Origin: Adineta vaga
Taxonomy: Eukaryota > Animalia > Rotifera
Length of the DNA: 64,000 nt
Assembly (NCBI GenBank): GCA_021613535.1
Contig: CP075496.1
Coordinates: 4,464,001-4,528,000 of the forward strand
Direction: 5' to 3'
Below, piece by piece: positions 39,607 to 52,740 of the stretch; position 1 is the stretch's first letter, and every line of letters begins with the position of its first letter. Position numbers and translations under genes: made by a program. Under the pieces are notes generated by a model. That model worked only from the letters and a program-made list of their open reading frames with translations. It was not told the DNA's origin and searched no databases.

Positions 39607-42600
39607 TTATGATAAAGAGTCAATAGGAAATGGAAGTTTCTGTTGAAGATCATTAACAATTAATGTTAAATTTTGCAGTAAATCAGAATAATGTTTATGT
39701 AATTGTTCATCTTGTGAAGATGTCTTTTGTGAACTTAAAAATGAAAGATTATTTTGAATATAACTGGTAATATCATCATCAATATCAACATGATCATTAA
39801 GTATAAGAATAATGTTGATTAATTTCTTACAACGTTCCATTAAATCTTTCAATTTATCACTTTTATTGTTCATCGAATGTCTTTGATCTAAACAATAAAA
39901 GGTAAATGTGTAGGTTTTTCTCAAATTAAAATCAATGAGTAATTATACTAGTTTGAACTGAAGTTGAAAAGACAGATGGTGTTGATGATGATGATGATGA
40001 AATATTCGTATTTTGTTGAGAAGAAGAAGAAGAAGAACCTAATCGCATTTTTTCAATTAATGTTTGAAGTTCATTTTCGATGGATTCAAGTTGTAAACTA
40101 CATTCGGTAAGGTTATCCGTACGTAACATATTGCACAAGATATTTCTACTTTAAAAGAAAAATGTAAATTAGAAAATATTTTGTCTAAAAAGTCGGAGAA
40201 ATTCTCAACGAATTAGTTTTGAACATGTGACAAGACAATTTCTTGTTTCTTGCAAACTTATTCCATCTCACATTTTGAAACGACTATGCATCTCGAGAAG
40301 ATATTTGAAAGATGTAAGTTTTTTTATAAATACCGATTAGCTAATAATTCATTGTATCTTTCTACATCGCTTTTATTAATAGATTGATTCGATGATAATG
40401 CTGATACAGGAGTTCGTGATTTGTCATATTCCTAAAAATGAAATCCTCAGTTTTAAATTAGTTATAAGAATCAATATATTACATTAGCATTCGTCCAAAA
40501 TAGTGGAGTATTCGATGCACTAACTTGTTGACGTAAAACTTCAATGAAATTTTCAGCATTTGGTATATTTAGTTGTTCAATAAATTTCATTGTTGATATC
40601 AAATCAAATAGAAAAATAAAGTTTTGACTAATATGCAAACAATTCGTTGGATTCTTTTGTCTGAGAAAATCAAATACTGAACGATATTCATCTGTTAATT
40701 GAAGACGAGTACGTGATAATAACTACACAACAGAAAAGAAACATATTCTATTCGAATTTTGCATTGAATAATATTTACTGTTTCAGATAAAATATCTGAC
40801 TCAGATGCGTTCAAAAGTTGTGCTAAACTGAAACATGGTATAAAAGGTCGATCATTAGTATAACGAATAAGGTATAAAGTGCTATTTGCGTCGATCGGAA
40901 TCAGTTTAATATTTGTCGATTGAGCAAAAGTTGTATTGTCTGGAAATTGAAATGCAGAATTGGCTGTAGTTTTTTCAGGTGTCGATGGTTCAGAATTTGG
41001 TAATGGACATTGTACCGCATGATCTAGAATTTCAAATGATAATTGAACAGGTTTTGGAACATTATTACTAAAAGTTAGAAAAACGTTTATATAAATTAAA
41101 AATATTCAATTTAATGAAGTTACTGTTCATGTTTGTGTTGATTTGTGACAACATTGTTCGCTATTGTTGATATTTTCACCTAAACAAATACATTTCTATA
41201 AAGATTTGAATTCATAATCAAGAAAAATTCCTATCTAACCTAAGAGAAACTATCATACAGCAATCTTATCTCTGAACAAAAGAGTTTCATATCCTACCGC
41301 AAAATTCAATTCAACAAGAATATCATTTAAAGATCGATTATCAGAATCAAGAATTTGAATTGTCAAAAGTCCATTCAAATATCCCGTTGGTTCAATAAAA
41401 AACGGTCCATTTTTACACAATGCATAAACTTCATTATACGTTTCTAATGACCATCGATTATCATCTGGTAAAAAGTATACATCATCTAATCGACATGCTA
41501 ATGCCATACAAGGTAATTCAGCAAAATGGTTTAATAAATATTTGAATTGTTGATCATCTTTATTGATTTCTTCCGTTGTACCATAATCAATATAAACAAT
41601 AACACATTTGTATAGATCAGTTTCTTTAATAAAAACACGATGATAGGCATCATCATATTGTGTTACACAAGCTAAGCCGGCTTCTAGATTTTTAATTATC
41701 AATGAATTTGATTGTATGCTTGAATAATACGAACTATAATAAAGAAGCAAAAGAGAAAGTTAAGAGCTTTTTCTGACAAATAGAATTATTACTCAAGTTC
41801 TTCCATTAATGTTTCAATATGTTCTTGATATCGGACTGGTTGGACATGAAGACAATGTTCATTTTTATCAATATCAGATATAAATCCTTGAAAACGTGGA
41901 TCATTTATATAAGAATAAAGATTATTTGCATAGCGAAATGTTGCTGGCACAATGCCTGAATCTGTAATCTGTTGAAGTAAATTAGCTTGAGTCTTAATAG
42001 AAGAAAACATAAACGAAATGTTTTTCTTCTCAATGATAATTTACTTGTTCAACTTGTTTAGGATCTTTTAGTGTAATAATATGATCACAAGAACCATTTT
42101 CTTCACCAAGACGTAAAACACAAGCAAAATCATCGACAAAATCTTGTAATAATAAAATATTCGTAATTTTTAATTCTATTAGAAGACTTTTGCCATATTT
42201 TTTCTAAAGATGTCTATTGAAAAAAAAAAGAATCACTTGATCCAAAACTTTACTTGATAAAGTTCATCTAATGATAGAAGTCGAACACCATGAGAATATT
42301 CAGCTAGCAACTAAAAAAGATAATGAATTGGAATTATTATTTTGATATTTTCCGTTTTCTTACATTTTGAAGATTATTAATAACTTCCTCTTCTTTATAA
42401 TCATCTTCTTCTTCATCGGGATATTCACCGTCATGGATTTCATTCTCAGATAAGTGATAAGCTAAATAAATGATACAAAAAAAGATTATATATGTTATTG
42501 TTTCATCTTAGTGAACAAACGTGTATCTGGTGAAGATTGATGATTGTTGTCATTTGTATTATTAGAAACAGTAACTCGTAATGATGTAGTATTGTTAGTT

Positions 42601-43355
42601 ACTCGACGATCATCAGGACCATTTAAATGTGTTGATTGTCGAGAATTGAATGAAGACATTGCAGGTTGATTAAAAGTGGATATATTTGATCTTGTTTGCG
42701 ATTGTTGTTGTTGTTTTTGTTGTTGTTTTACTACTCGAGGTGGAATGGAAGCCTAAAAATTATCTTTTTTTTTAATTCGAAAACCCATAATGATACTCAC
42801 ATTTCCTCGGTTTCTGGTGTATTGATTTGAGTGACCCATCGCTGATCGTGTGGATATAGTTGATCGATCAGAACGAGTATTGTGAGCTGGACGACCATAT
42901 GATGTACCACGGCCATTACCTCGTGATCGATTATTATTATTATTAAAATTGAAAGTATTGTCTGAAAATCGAGCACCATGATTATCACGATTCATATTTC
43001 GTCCTCTACTGCCGCCACCACCGCGTCCTCGATTTCCGCCACCTTGGGTCCGTCGTCGAGGTTTGCCTTGACGCTGTCCTTTGACCATTGATAAGATATG
43101 TTTGGTACTTTCTTCTTCAACGGCAAGAATTTTAATTGAACCACTATTGCCTTGTTGCTGAATACGACATACATCTGGCCAACAACGAAGTAATGAAACT
43201 AATGATGAATAACCAAATTCTCTATATGGAAGATCTTTATTCGAATTAAATAAACGATAATCATTGAGTAATTCATGTTCACTAAGTCCATATTTAGCTG
43301 AGACAAGTAATGATAACACTTCTTGTTTTATTATACCAATATCAGTTTCAGACAT
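39607..43355 (-). CDS. LOTUS + Tudor domain protein (TDRD5/TDRD7, Tejas/Tapas-like), paralog A
   Basis: N-terminal LOTUS (EVLSLLVSAKYGLSEHELLNDYR..LPYREFGYSSLVSLL), RG-rich tract, second LOTUS-like segment, Tudor (ACVTQYDDAYHRV..YIDYGT..LPCMALACRL). Confidence 0.85.
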
Positions 43356-43931
43356 GTTAAATGCGTTCTATTCTATCTAAGTTATATTACACGTATATCA
43401 ATTTGTAGTTTTAGAAGTGATACATCATTTGAAAATGAAAAAATATCTAAAAATAGAAGCCATAACATTTATCTGATCATACAAAAGATCTAGACGTGCT
43501 TTTTTTTATCAATATCAATCAATTTCAGGAAACTTTTGATAACAAGACGTTCCAGTCTACCTCAAAGAATTGATTCTGTAGATTCATTAATCATTAGATC
43601 TCATTTCAATGATATGAAAATAAAAAATAAAGAAAACATGATTTCAATCTAATTTCGTTTTCAATCTTTATCTCGGCTATATATCAGCAATAGAAAAAAA
43701 AACAAGACAACAACAAGGACAGAAAAATATAGTTCACACCAGCATTAGACATCTGTTAGAAGTGCATTAATTCTTTGTAAGGTTAGTGAACGAAAGACAA
43801 AAAAATAAGCACACACAAACGAACGAACAAACAAGAAGTATTTTTTGTATTTATTTACATTTGGCATTTTCAAAATAGACAGAATCACAGTTAGTTAATC
43901 TAGCTAAAAGAAAATAGTTAGAGTATTTCAA

Positions 43932-46900
43932 TCAATATATTGTATCAAGTAAATTCGTTCGTTGAACATAGGATTGAATAATTGGTTGGCAATATTCAAT
44001 GAATTGAAAACAATAATTATAGATATCAATACGTTTATCTAATGGGATTTGTTGATCAATTAAATCTGGTGATTGATGAATTGCTTGATTAAATAAACCT
44101 CGATGATGTTCATCGGATATGTCTGATTCTAATGTCAGATAGTGAATGATATTTTTTGTTATACGATGTAAATCTTGAAGACGTTCTTCGATTTCATCAT
44201 CTATCATTGTATCATCAAGAATTAATTGATGATTAAAACATGTATTTAGTGAAAATTGTTGATCAAATGGACGGGCGATTCGAAAGCGTGTTTCACGCAT
44301 TTTTTTATTGGATATTTTCACATTGCTTGATAATGATGATGCTGATCGAAGGATGGCATTTGAATCATCATTGATCATTGAAGAAAGAATTGGTTCCTTG
44401 ATATGTATTTTTTCATGAAGATTGTTTAATTCTCGATCAATATCTTGCATTTCATTTTGAGATGATACAGTCTGATGAGTTTTAGATAATGAAACCAATT
44501 GAGTTCTGAAGAAAAGAAGAGATCAATTAAATCAATCGTTATCGTTTAGAATTACCTTCGGAAATTTAATAGATCCCGTCGTTGATACAAATCTTTTTGA
44601 TTTAATTCAAAATTTTCTTTATTTATGTAGGAATTCTGTAGAGAAAAAAAAAGATTATATAAAATTCCCTATGATAGAACTATACCTTTTCTTCATTCCA
44701 ATATCCTGGTCTTTCATAATCGTCATATTCTTGACGGAATGCATCAATAACATCGCCTTCTTGAAATTTAATTCCAATCAAATAATCTCGGATGGAACTC
44801 AAATCATAGAGTCTAATTGTTGCATTATCAGTCTCTCGATTGATATGAGGACATTTACTCGATTCGGATAAACGTTGTAATTCATGAAATAATGTTTGAT
44901 ATGATTCTGAGAAGGGTAATTCAGTTTCTCGAATAAGATTCTAGAAAATTGAAAATAATTTATCGACGAAATGATCTTTGAAATACACTTACTAATTGTG
45001 AAACATATGTTTCATCTTTATTCAATAATCGAGCCACTTCAAAACATGGTAAACAAGGTCGTTTTGTAAATGGATGTTTTACAAAATAATATGCATGATC
45101 AATTGATATATCAAAATATTTTATATTATTCTCATTTGGATTATATTCCATGTGAATTTGATCATTTGTGGATGGGAATCGTTGTTCATCAATACGAGAA
45201 CTATTATTATTGACGTTTGATATACTAAAGACATAAACAAAGACATGAAAATTAATAAAACAAAAACAAATTTAACATACGATCTTGGAGAAGAGAAGGA
45301 TTGGAACTAAAAATTGCGATAAAAAAAAACGAGTAAAGTATTGATAAATTCCAAGTAATTTACCTCAGAATAATGAGAGTCATGACATTCAACAGCAAAC
45401 CCTTGTAGAATAAGTAATTCATTCATTGATTGTCGTTGATTTTGATCCAGCCATAGATTAATACAATAAACTGTATCCATACGTCCAATAATTTCAACAG
45501 GAAATTTCTGTTCTGAACATGAATTTTTAATAAATTGTCGTACATCATCAGACCATTGAGTATCTATGCCGGGATGATGAATATTCGCTAAACGACAATC
45601 ATAAACTTGTGTTGATAAGGAGGAAAAATTCTTATGAAGAAATTTTAAATCAGCTGAATCAGTATGATAACTAATATCCGATATAATAAGACCGAAATCA
45701 ACAAGATAGATCTTTAGTATAATTATATCCGAATTATGTGTTGTATCGATTTGCATTATAAATGAACGATAATATTGATTATCATAATGATGATAAACAC
45801 AGGAAAGATTCATTTCTAATTGCTCAAATGGAATTATATAGATCGATTGACTAGATGATTGAGTATAATGTTCTCTAAATAAGATAGAAAGTTTGTTACA
45901 TAGTTACGACTATCACACGTATGTCGATTTGTTAACTTACTGTAGTTGTGTCATCATTCGATCACGTTTGGATATAAATTGAACATTTACTATGTGAATA
46001 TTCCATGGATCTTCTACATCACCCAAAAATCCCTCAAATAATTCATTGGATGTATAATCAATTCGTTTATAATGAAAATCTAGGGGAACAAATGAAGATA
46101 GATCCACAATTGGTTGATCTATTGTATTTGTTATAGGTCTAAGTGAATGTTCATCGGTATAGTTTGTTTGTTGATAATCTTTTAAACTGGATGGTGAAGT
46201 ATTTGATTCGATTTTCTCAGCTAAAGAGTAAACAAATGAAAACTAAAATTTTGAGGGTAAAAAAAGAAAACTTACGTATTAATTGTTCTCTTTTAACTGC
46301 CTCAACATAAGCTGGTTTTAATAAAAGAATTCGATCGGTTGAATTAGGTAATCGATCACGTTGAGAATCAACAAAATCAGATACAGAATCAAATAATGCC
46401 ATTCGATTTTTTAATTTATAATCTTCAAGATTTAAATCACAATTAAATAGTTTCTAAATAAAAACGAAGAAATCAGATATTTTGTTAGAGAATAATCTAG
46501 ATACAAACATTGTAGAGTTTTTGAACACTTGAAAGCCATAAACCTTTTGGATATTTCAGTAATAACTAAAAATGCGAAAGTTTAATTACGAAAAAAACTA
46601 GAAAATGATTTTAAGAAAAATATAGTTTACCTGTCGAATACGTTTTCGGAGAAGAACTATGCTTTCTCCATGTTCCATTGCTCGTTGAACATCGAACGCA
46701 GCTATTTCATCATCTTCGACGCAATTCAAATCATCATCCATCACCGATGAATTATCATCCATTGTTGGTGTGACTTGAACAGACATCAAGTCAGAAAGTA
46801 TTGGTTGTCCTGACGTTGCCTGTTGCGGTGTTGGTGTCGGGATACTTTTCGGTGGAAAGGATGCCACTGTTTTACTTGATAATGGTGGATTTATTCCTAA

Positions 46901-47810
46901 AAGATAATATTCAGAATAGAGAATATCTTTCGTTGATAATTCTTCATACCATTAGGATTTTGAGGATTGAAATTTTGAAAAGTATAATCAATCACAGCTG
47001 GTGGAGCATAAGATATCGTTGTATAGGATTGAGGTATTTGAACAATGGGTATATTAGATGTATACCATAGATTCGTCGTAGTATTGTGAATTTGATTGAA
47101 TGGTTGATGTGGTAAACCATTATTCATATAACCGGTAGCTCCCTAGAAGAAAGTTTTATAGAAATGCTATCCATATGCATGATAAAAATATATTGCTCAA
47201 CCTTCAATCAAGTTTACTGATTACTATTTTATAGTATATTTTTGTTCTTTTCCTCAATACAATCACTGATAACACAAAGAAAGGTTATACATACACGCAT
47301 AGATATATTTAAATCATTTAAAACTCAAAATGATTTATCAGTTTCGTATGATAATAAAATATGGCATGTTTACAATTGCTAATGTTTATAAATTTGCTAG
47401 TAAATCAGTGATATTGTACTCACTTGTCGAGCTCTTGGAAACGTGAAGGATCCATTTGATCGATTGGATGAATTGTATCTATTCGGTACAACACGAGTGA
47501 CTCGTGAAGGTTTCTTTTTTTTTTGTGCCATGACAAAGTTTTTAATGTGTATGGTATGTTTATCAGCAACACCGTGTACAATCACTGGAATTCCGTTATA
47601 ATCGATATTAGCTACATCAGGCATTGATGCTAATAAATCAAGAAGACTTGCATAACCCATTTGACGAAAGGGTATTTCTTTTCGTCCATTATACTCGGCA
47701 TAATCTCTAAGTAATTGTTGTTCGCTACAACCTTGTGAAGAACTGATTAATAATGAACGTATTTCAGTTTTTAACTCAAGATATTCTTGTGAACTTGTAT
47801 CTTTGGACAT
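43932..47810 (-). CDS. LOTUS + Tudor domain protein, paralog B
   Basis: LOTUS (EIRSLLISSSQG..LLRDYAEYNG..IPFRQMGYASLLDLLASMPDV), second LOTUS-like segment, Tudor (YDNQYYRS..YLVDFG..YDCRLA). Confidence 0.85.
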
Positions 47811-48075
47811 TATTAACAAATGATGAAATTTTATCTGAAATTTTATCAAATGAATATGAATAATAAGACAAAATGCTATGCTGTAGTTTATTTTACTTTA
47901 TAGCAAAAATTTCCCAAATGCAATTGGCCAATCAATAAACACTCTGTTTATATAAAAAGAGGTCGTTCATAGGATATAATTTCTATTGGTGATTATTCTC
48001 CGGATATGTTGATGTGCTGGCTCCGTACGTATGCGCACACTGTATTGCATTTAGTTAGTTGCTTATTTCGTCATT

Positions 48076-51000
48076 ATGATCATGTGTAGAATTAGCACGA
48101 TTATTCTTGTTTGTTCTGTAAGTTGAACTTAGTCAGAGAAAATATGCTTTTTTAAAGAGAAAAAAATGTTTATACTTTAGGTTATCTATTCAATATATGC
48201 ATATGAAAGTCCTCTCGAAGAGAAAGATTTTAAGAAGATATTAAAACAAAATAAAAATGTTCTTGTATTAAGTTCACCAAATGGTAAGATAAAAAATCTT
48301 TATTAATAAACTTATTTGATTTTATTGACAGATCAAAGTGCAAAATCAATTCTTCAAACATTTAAACAAATTGAGGAAGAAATCAAAGGTCGAGGATTAC
48401 TTGTCTATATCAATTGCGAGTGAGATGATTACAAAAAGAAGAAGATAAAGTTTCAATTGGTTACATCTTCTTTTCTAGAAAAGGAAAAAAACTTTGTAAG
48501 AAATTTAAACTTGATTCAAGCAATGCTGAACTACGACACTTTCAGTTAGTAAATATTTTTTATCACTTTTGTTTTTTATTCAATTCTTCTCAATGAAATC
48601 AGATGTATATAAATATTTATCTTCAATTTCTTCATAACTTTTACGCAATGAGAAGCTGTAAAATCTCGGATAATTTTTTTACAGAAACGATCGATTTCCG
48701 ATAGTTGTTCAAAAAAAGAACTCCTGAAACTATGAATCTATCGAGGATGTTCGTGCTTCCTCGTAGACATAATAAAACGACTATTATCTCGCGATAATAT
48801 TTATTGTCATATTATGATAAATTTGCTTTTATTCTCTAGAGATGGCGATTTTCATAAAGTATATGATCGTGCACTAACGAACAAGGTACAAAAACCTAGA
48901 ATTTTTTTTCAAATATTTTCATCATTATTGAGGATGTTTATTTATTCATATAGGCTATGGTTAATTTTATGCTTGATCCAAAAGGTGATATGCCATGGAG
49001 TGAAGATGCCACAGCAAATAATGTTCTGCATTTAAATAATCCCAAAGTAAAATATCATTTTCTGAGATGAAAAGTGATTTAATATTTAATGTAATAAATC
49101 AGGATCTTCAACGTGCATTAAAACAAGCTTTACCATTATTAGTTATGTTCTATGCACCATGGTGTGGATATTGTAAACGATTAAAACCTGTTTTTGCTGA
49201 AGCAGCTACGGATCTTCGTGGACAATATATCCTAGCTGGTATGGATGTAGATAAAGTAGAAAATTATCCAATTCGACGACAATTTAATATCACTGGATTT
49301 CCAACAACTATCTATTTTGAGTACGAATCTATCAATAAGAATACATTCATACATATAAAATCTTTCTGCTTTTTATTTTTAAGAAAGGGCGAAGAAAAAT
49401 TTCATTATTCAGCTGGTCATACTAAAGAGGATATTATTAATTGGCTTAAAAAGTACAATGAAAAATGATGCTTTTCTTTTTTTCTACATTATTTTATTTC
49501 ATATAGTCCACAAGCACCTAAAGATAAAACAGAAGATGTTGAAGAAGCAGCAAATGATTTCTTTTCAAGCAATAGTGAAAATGAGAATTATGTCGTTCAT
49601 TTGAATGATACATCATTCGATGGATTTATTGCTGAAAATGCTCAAGCACCCATTTTAGTGATGTTCTACGCTCCATGTAAGTTTATTCGCAAATGAGACA
49701 ACTATGGAAAAAAATCGTTCCTCTTCTCCAGGGTGTGGACATTGTAAAAATTTGAAACCTGAATTAGTTCAAGCTTCAATTGATTTACATGAAGAACAGG
49801 TTTGATAAATTTCATTTTGTCACATATAAACAAATATTCTAAATGATATTTGATAATTCTAGAGTAATGCTATCATCGCTGCTATTGATGCTACAAAATC
49901 ACCTATTTTAACAAAATTATTTAAAATCCAAGGTTATCCAACAAGTAAGTTCCAAATCGAGTAGACTTTTTTGTTGTTTTTTTTTGTCATTTGCTAACCT
50001 GTGTGTGTTGTAATCTTCCAATTGTTATTTCAGTGAAATTCTTTCGGTAAGTTTTTGCATGTTGCTATGGAATGTATATATTTATTCGTTGGGCTCCTTT
50101 TACATCGAATATTATTTTGTTTCCCCTCTATGAACTTTCTTCATTGATTTTTAGTGATGGAAAATTTGCATTCGAAATTCATGAAAGAACAGCAGATAAA
50201 ATTGTCGAATTTTTGAAAAAGTAAGAAAATGAAAAAAAAAGTCAATTCAATTAGAGACTCTGTGTTTTAGTCCGAAAGAACCACCTGCGCCAGAACCAGA
50301 ATGGTCTGAACAACAAACAGATGTACTTCATTTAACTGATGAAACTTTCAAAACAACATTGAAGAAAAAGAAAGCAGCTCTCATATTCTTCTATGCACCA
50401 TGTAAGTTCTCCAATAGATAAAACAAAAAAGATAATCTGATTTTTTTTTAGGGTGTGGCCATTGTAAGAAAGCAAAACCTTTATTTACAAATGCTGCTGC
50501 TGCATTGAAAGATAATCCAAAAGTAAAATTTTATGAGAATTAATTGTCAATTTTAAATAAAATGTGAATAGGTCGCTTTTTGTGCAGTGGATTGTCAAAG
50601 AGTCAATCATTATGTAAAGAATATGAAGTCCAAGGTTATCCAACAATAAAATATTTTAGTTTTGGAAAATTCGTTTCGGCTTATGACGATGAACGAACGG
50701 TAACATATCTTTTGGAAAATATTAACAACAAAGGAAGATTCTCATTCATTTAGGAAGAAGCTTTTGTTGAATTTATGAATAATCCCGAAGAACAATCGAA
50801 AAAAGTAAAACCAACACCAGCACCTGCTGATCCATTAGATTTTTGGAAAGATTCAGCACCAGGTTATGAACATGTCAAAATGCTTCAATCAAGTACATTT
50901 GATGCCGTTGTTGGAGCATCTCGCAAAGCATTAGTAATGTTCTATGCACCATGGTGTGGTCATTGTAAAACTTCCAAACCAGCTTTTGCATCGGTTGCTT

Positions 51001-51444
51001 CACAACTTGCTTCAAAACATAAGGTAATTTTGTTTTGAAATCGATCTATTTACTTTCATGTAGTAGTGGAGTATTTTAATGAAATTTTATCTATTACTAT
51101 TTATAGGATCTCATTCTTGGAGCTGTCGATGCAACTGCTGAACAAGAACTAGTGACTAAATACTCAATTCGAGGTTTTCCAACATGTAAGTGATTATGTT
51201 TGACAATTCATTTTAATATCTTTCTTCTTTTTAGTTAAATACTTTGAGTAAGTATCGATCATAGTTTTCATGTTCTTTTTTTTAATACTTGTTAATAGAA
51301 ATGGTCAATTAGCATCTGATTATAATGGTGGCCGAAGTGAACAAGATTTCTTACAATTTTTAGTGTAAATATCATTCTGTCATCTTGTTCTCATCTTTCC
51401 AACTTTTTTTTTCTAGTGGTTCCACTGGTAATGTCGAATTGTAG
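48076..51444 (+). CDS. PDIA5: Protein disulfide isomerase A5 (PDIR)-like with four CXXC thioredoxin domains; apparent 1-nt frameshift at ~50595
   Basis: Signal peptide, non-catalytic N-terminal domain (DGDFHKVYDR..DPKGDMPWSED), WCGYC plus three WCGHC, C-terminal NVEL. Confidence 0.88.
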
Positions 51445-51631
51445 ACATACAATCAAAGACTGAAAGTTTCAGTTTCCATTCTGACTAACATTCATAGTGT
51501 TATATTAGTTTTTATTAACTATTTGTTTTTTTCTTCTTTCTTGTTTTGTTATTTAACATGGTGTTTTTCTATGGGCATTCTATTTATTGGGTTCACTGTT
51601 TTCAGATTTCATTTATTGATATCTCTGCCGT

Positions 51632-52586
51632 ATGGTTTACGTCGATAGTAGTGGTAAGTACGAATGAAACAAAAAAGAATGAAATAAAAACAGGCGTGTT
51701 CACCTCACCTTCATTTGTCATTATATATTATTGATCATCGGATTAGAGAAATAGAAGACGAAGAAGAAAAAACGAATCAATTGTCACACTATGATCGTGT
51801 CTTATTTCCGGTGTACATTGATTGTTTTTTAGTCTTAACTATTAGTGGATTGTAAATAAAGACAGAACTTTACAAAGAGATCAACTTACTTAAATCTAAT
51901 CTTTGACACGTTTTGTATTTGTTATGTGTTTATTCAGGTACGGTTCGTGAGCAACGACCGATATGGACACCAAGTGGATTCTATTTTATGATTGTTTCCT
52001 TTATTAATTTCATTATATTACTGTAAGACATAAATCTATATCTATGACTTTTCGTGACATATATTTCCTTTTCTATATGTTTTAGTATTCGATCATTAAT
52101 TGATGTAGGTTACAACTTCGATGTAAATATACAAATTTTATTCGATTTATTGTCTTTAGCCAACGTTAACTAAACATGGAAGTAATGTGGAACCAACTAA
52201 TTATCGTACTGGCGGTGGAGGAGGAGGAGGAGGCGGCGGCGGTGGTGCGGTGGTGGTAGAGGTGGCCGATACGATCGGTGAGTTTGCGTGTGTGATCTTT
52301 TCTTTCTCTTAAAAGAAAATGTATGTCGACGGAAATAGATGCTCGACAGGTCATATGTAAAAAGAAATGTTCTATACTGTTCAGCTCTTTTCCAATTATT
52401 AAACACGCACTAAAGAAATTATCTATTTTTAGACCACCTGATGCACGTCCACGACGACGAATGGGTGGATTTGGTGGTACAGGTGGAGGTAAAGAAAAAA
52501 AAGCTAGCGATTATTATAATTCTAAATGATATTTATTAATCTAAATAGGACCTGGTTGTGCACCCATGGGAGGTGGATGAGGTTAA
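51632..52586 (+). CDS. SELENOK: Selenoprotein K (Sec at TGA 52578-52580); apparent 1-nt frameshift in poly-Gly at ~52247
   Basis: Exons 51632-51653, 51938-52022, 52086-52104, 52160-52277, 52433-52488, 52549-52586 give MVYVDSSG..TM..poly-G..PRRRMGGF..PMGGG-U-G-stop, the SelK architecture. Confidence 0.88.
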
Positions 52587-52648
52587 AGAACGATTTCTAG
52601 TTTCAATTGACTAGAAATCAATTCAATTTCATTTGTTCAAATAAAAAA

Positions 52649-52740
52649 TCTCGTTTGATATAGAGAAACTATCTTCTCATTATGATAATCTTGTACGAAA
52701 ATCGGATGATGTACAAGCATTGGAGTGTTATCAAATAAGA
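52649..52740 (+). promoter_or_regulatory. SECIS element in the SELENOK 3' UTR
   Basis: AUGAU (52682) / GGAG (52722) core; helix AAUCUUGUAC pairing with GUACAAG(C)AUU; apical AAA bulge with an AUC/GAU mini-stem (type II). Confidence 0.85.

Noticed and set aside
25170-52586. Apparent ER-function cluster (RPN2, GH63, PDIA5, SELENOK)
   Set aside because: The genes are interspersed with unrelated ones and the GH63 lacks ER targeting; only the PDIA5-SELENOK adjacency is notable.
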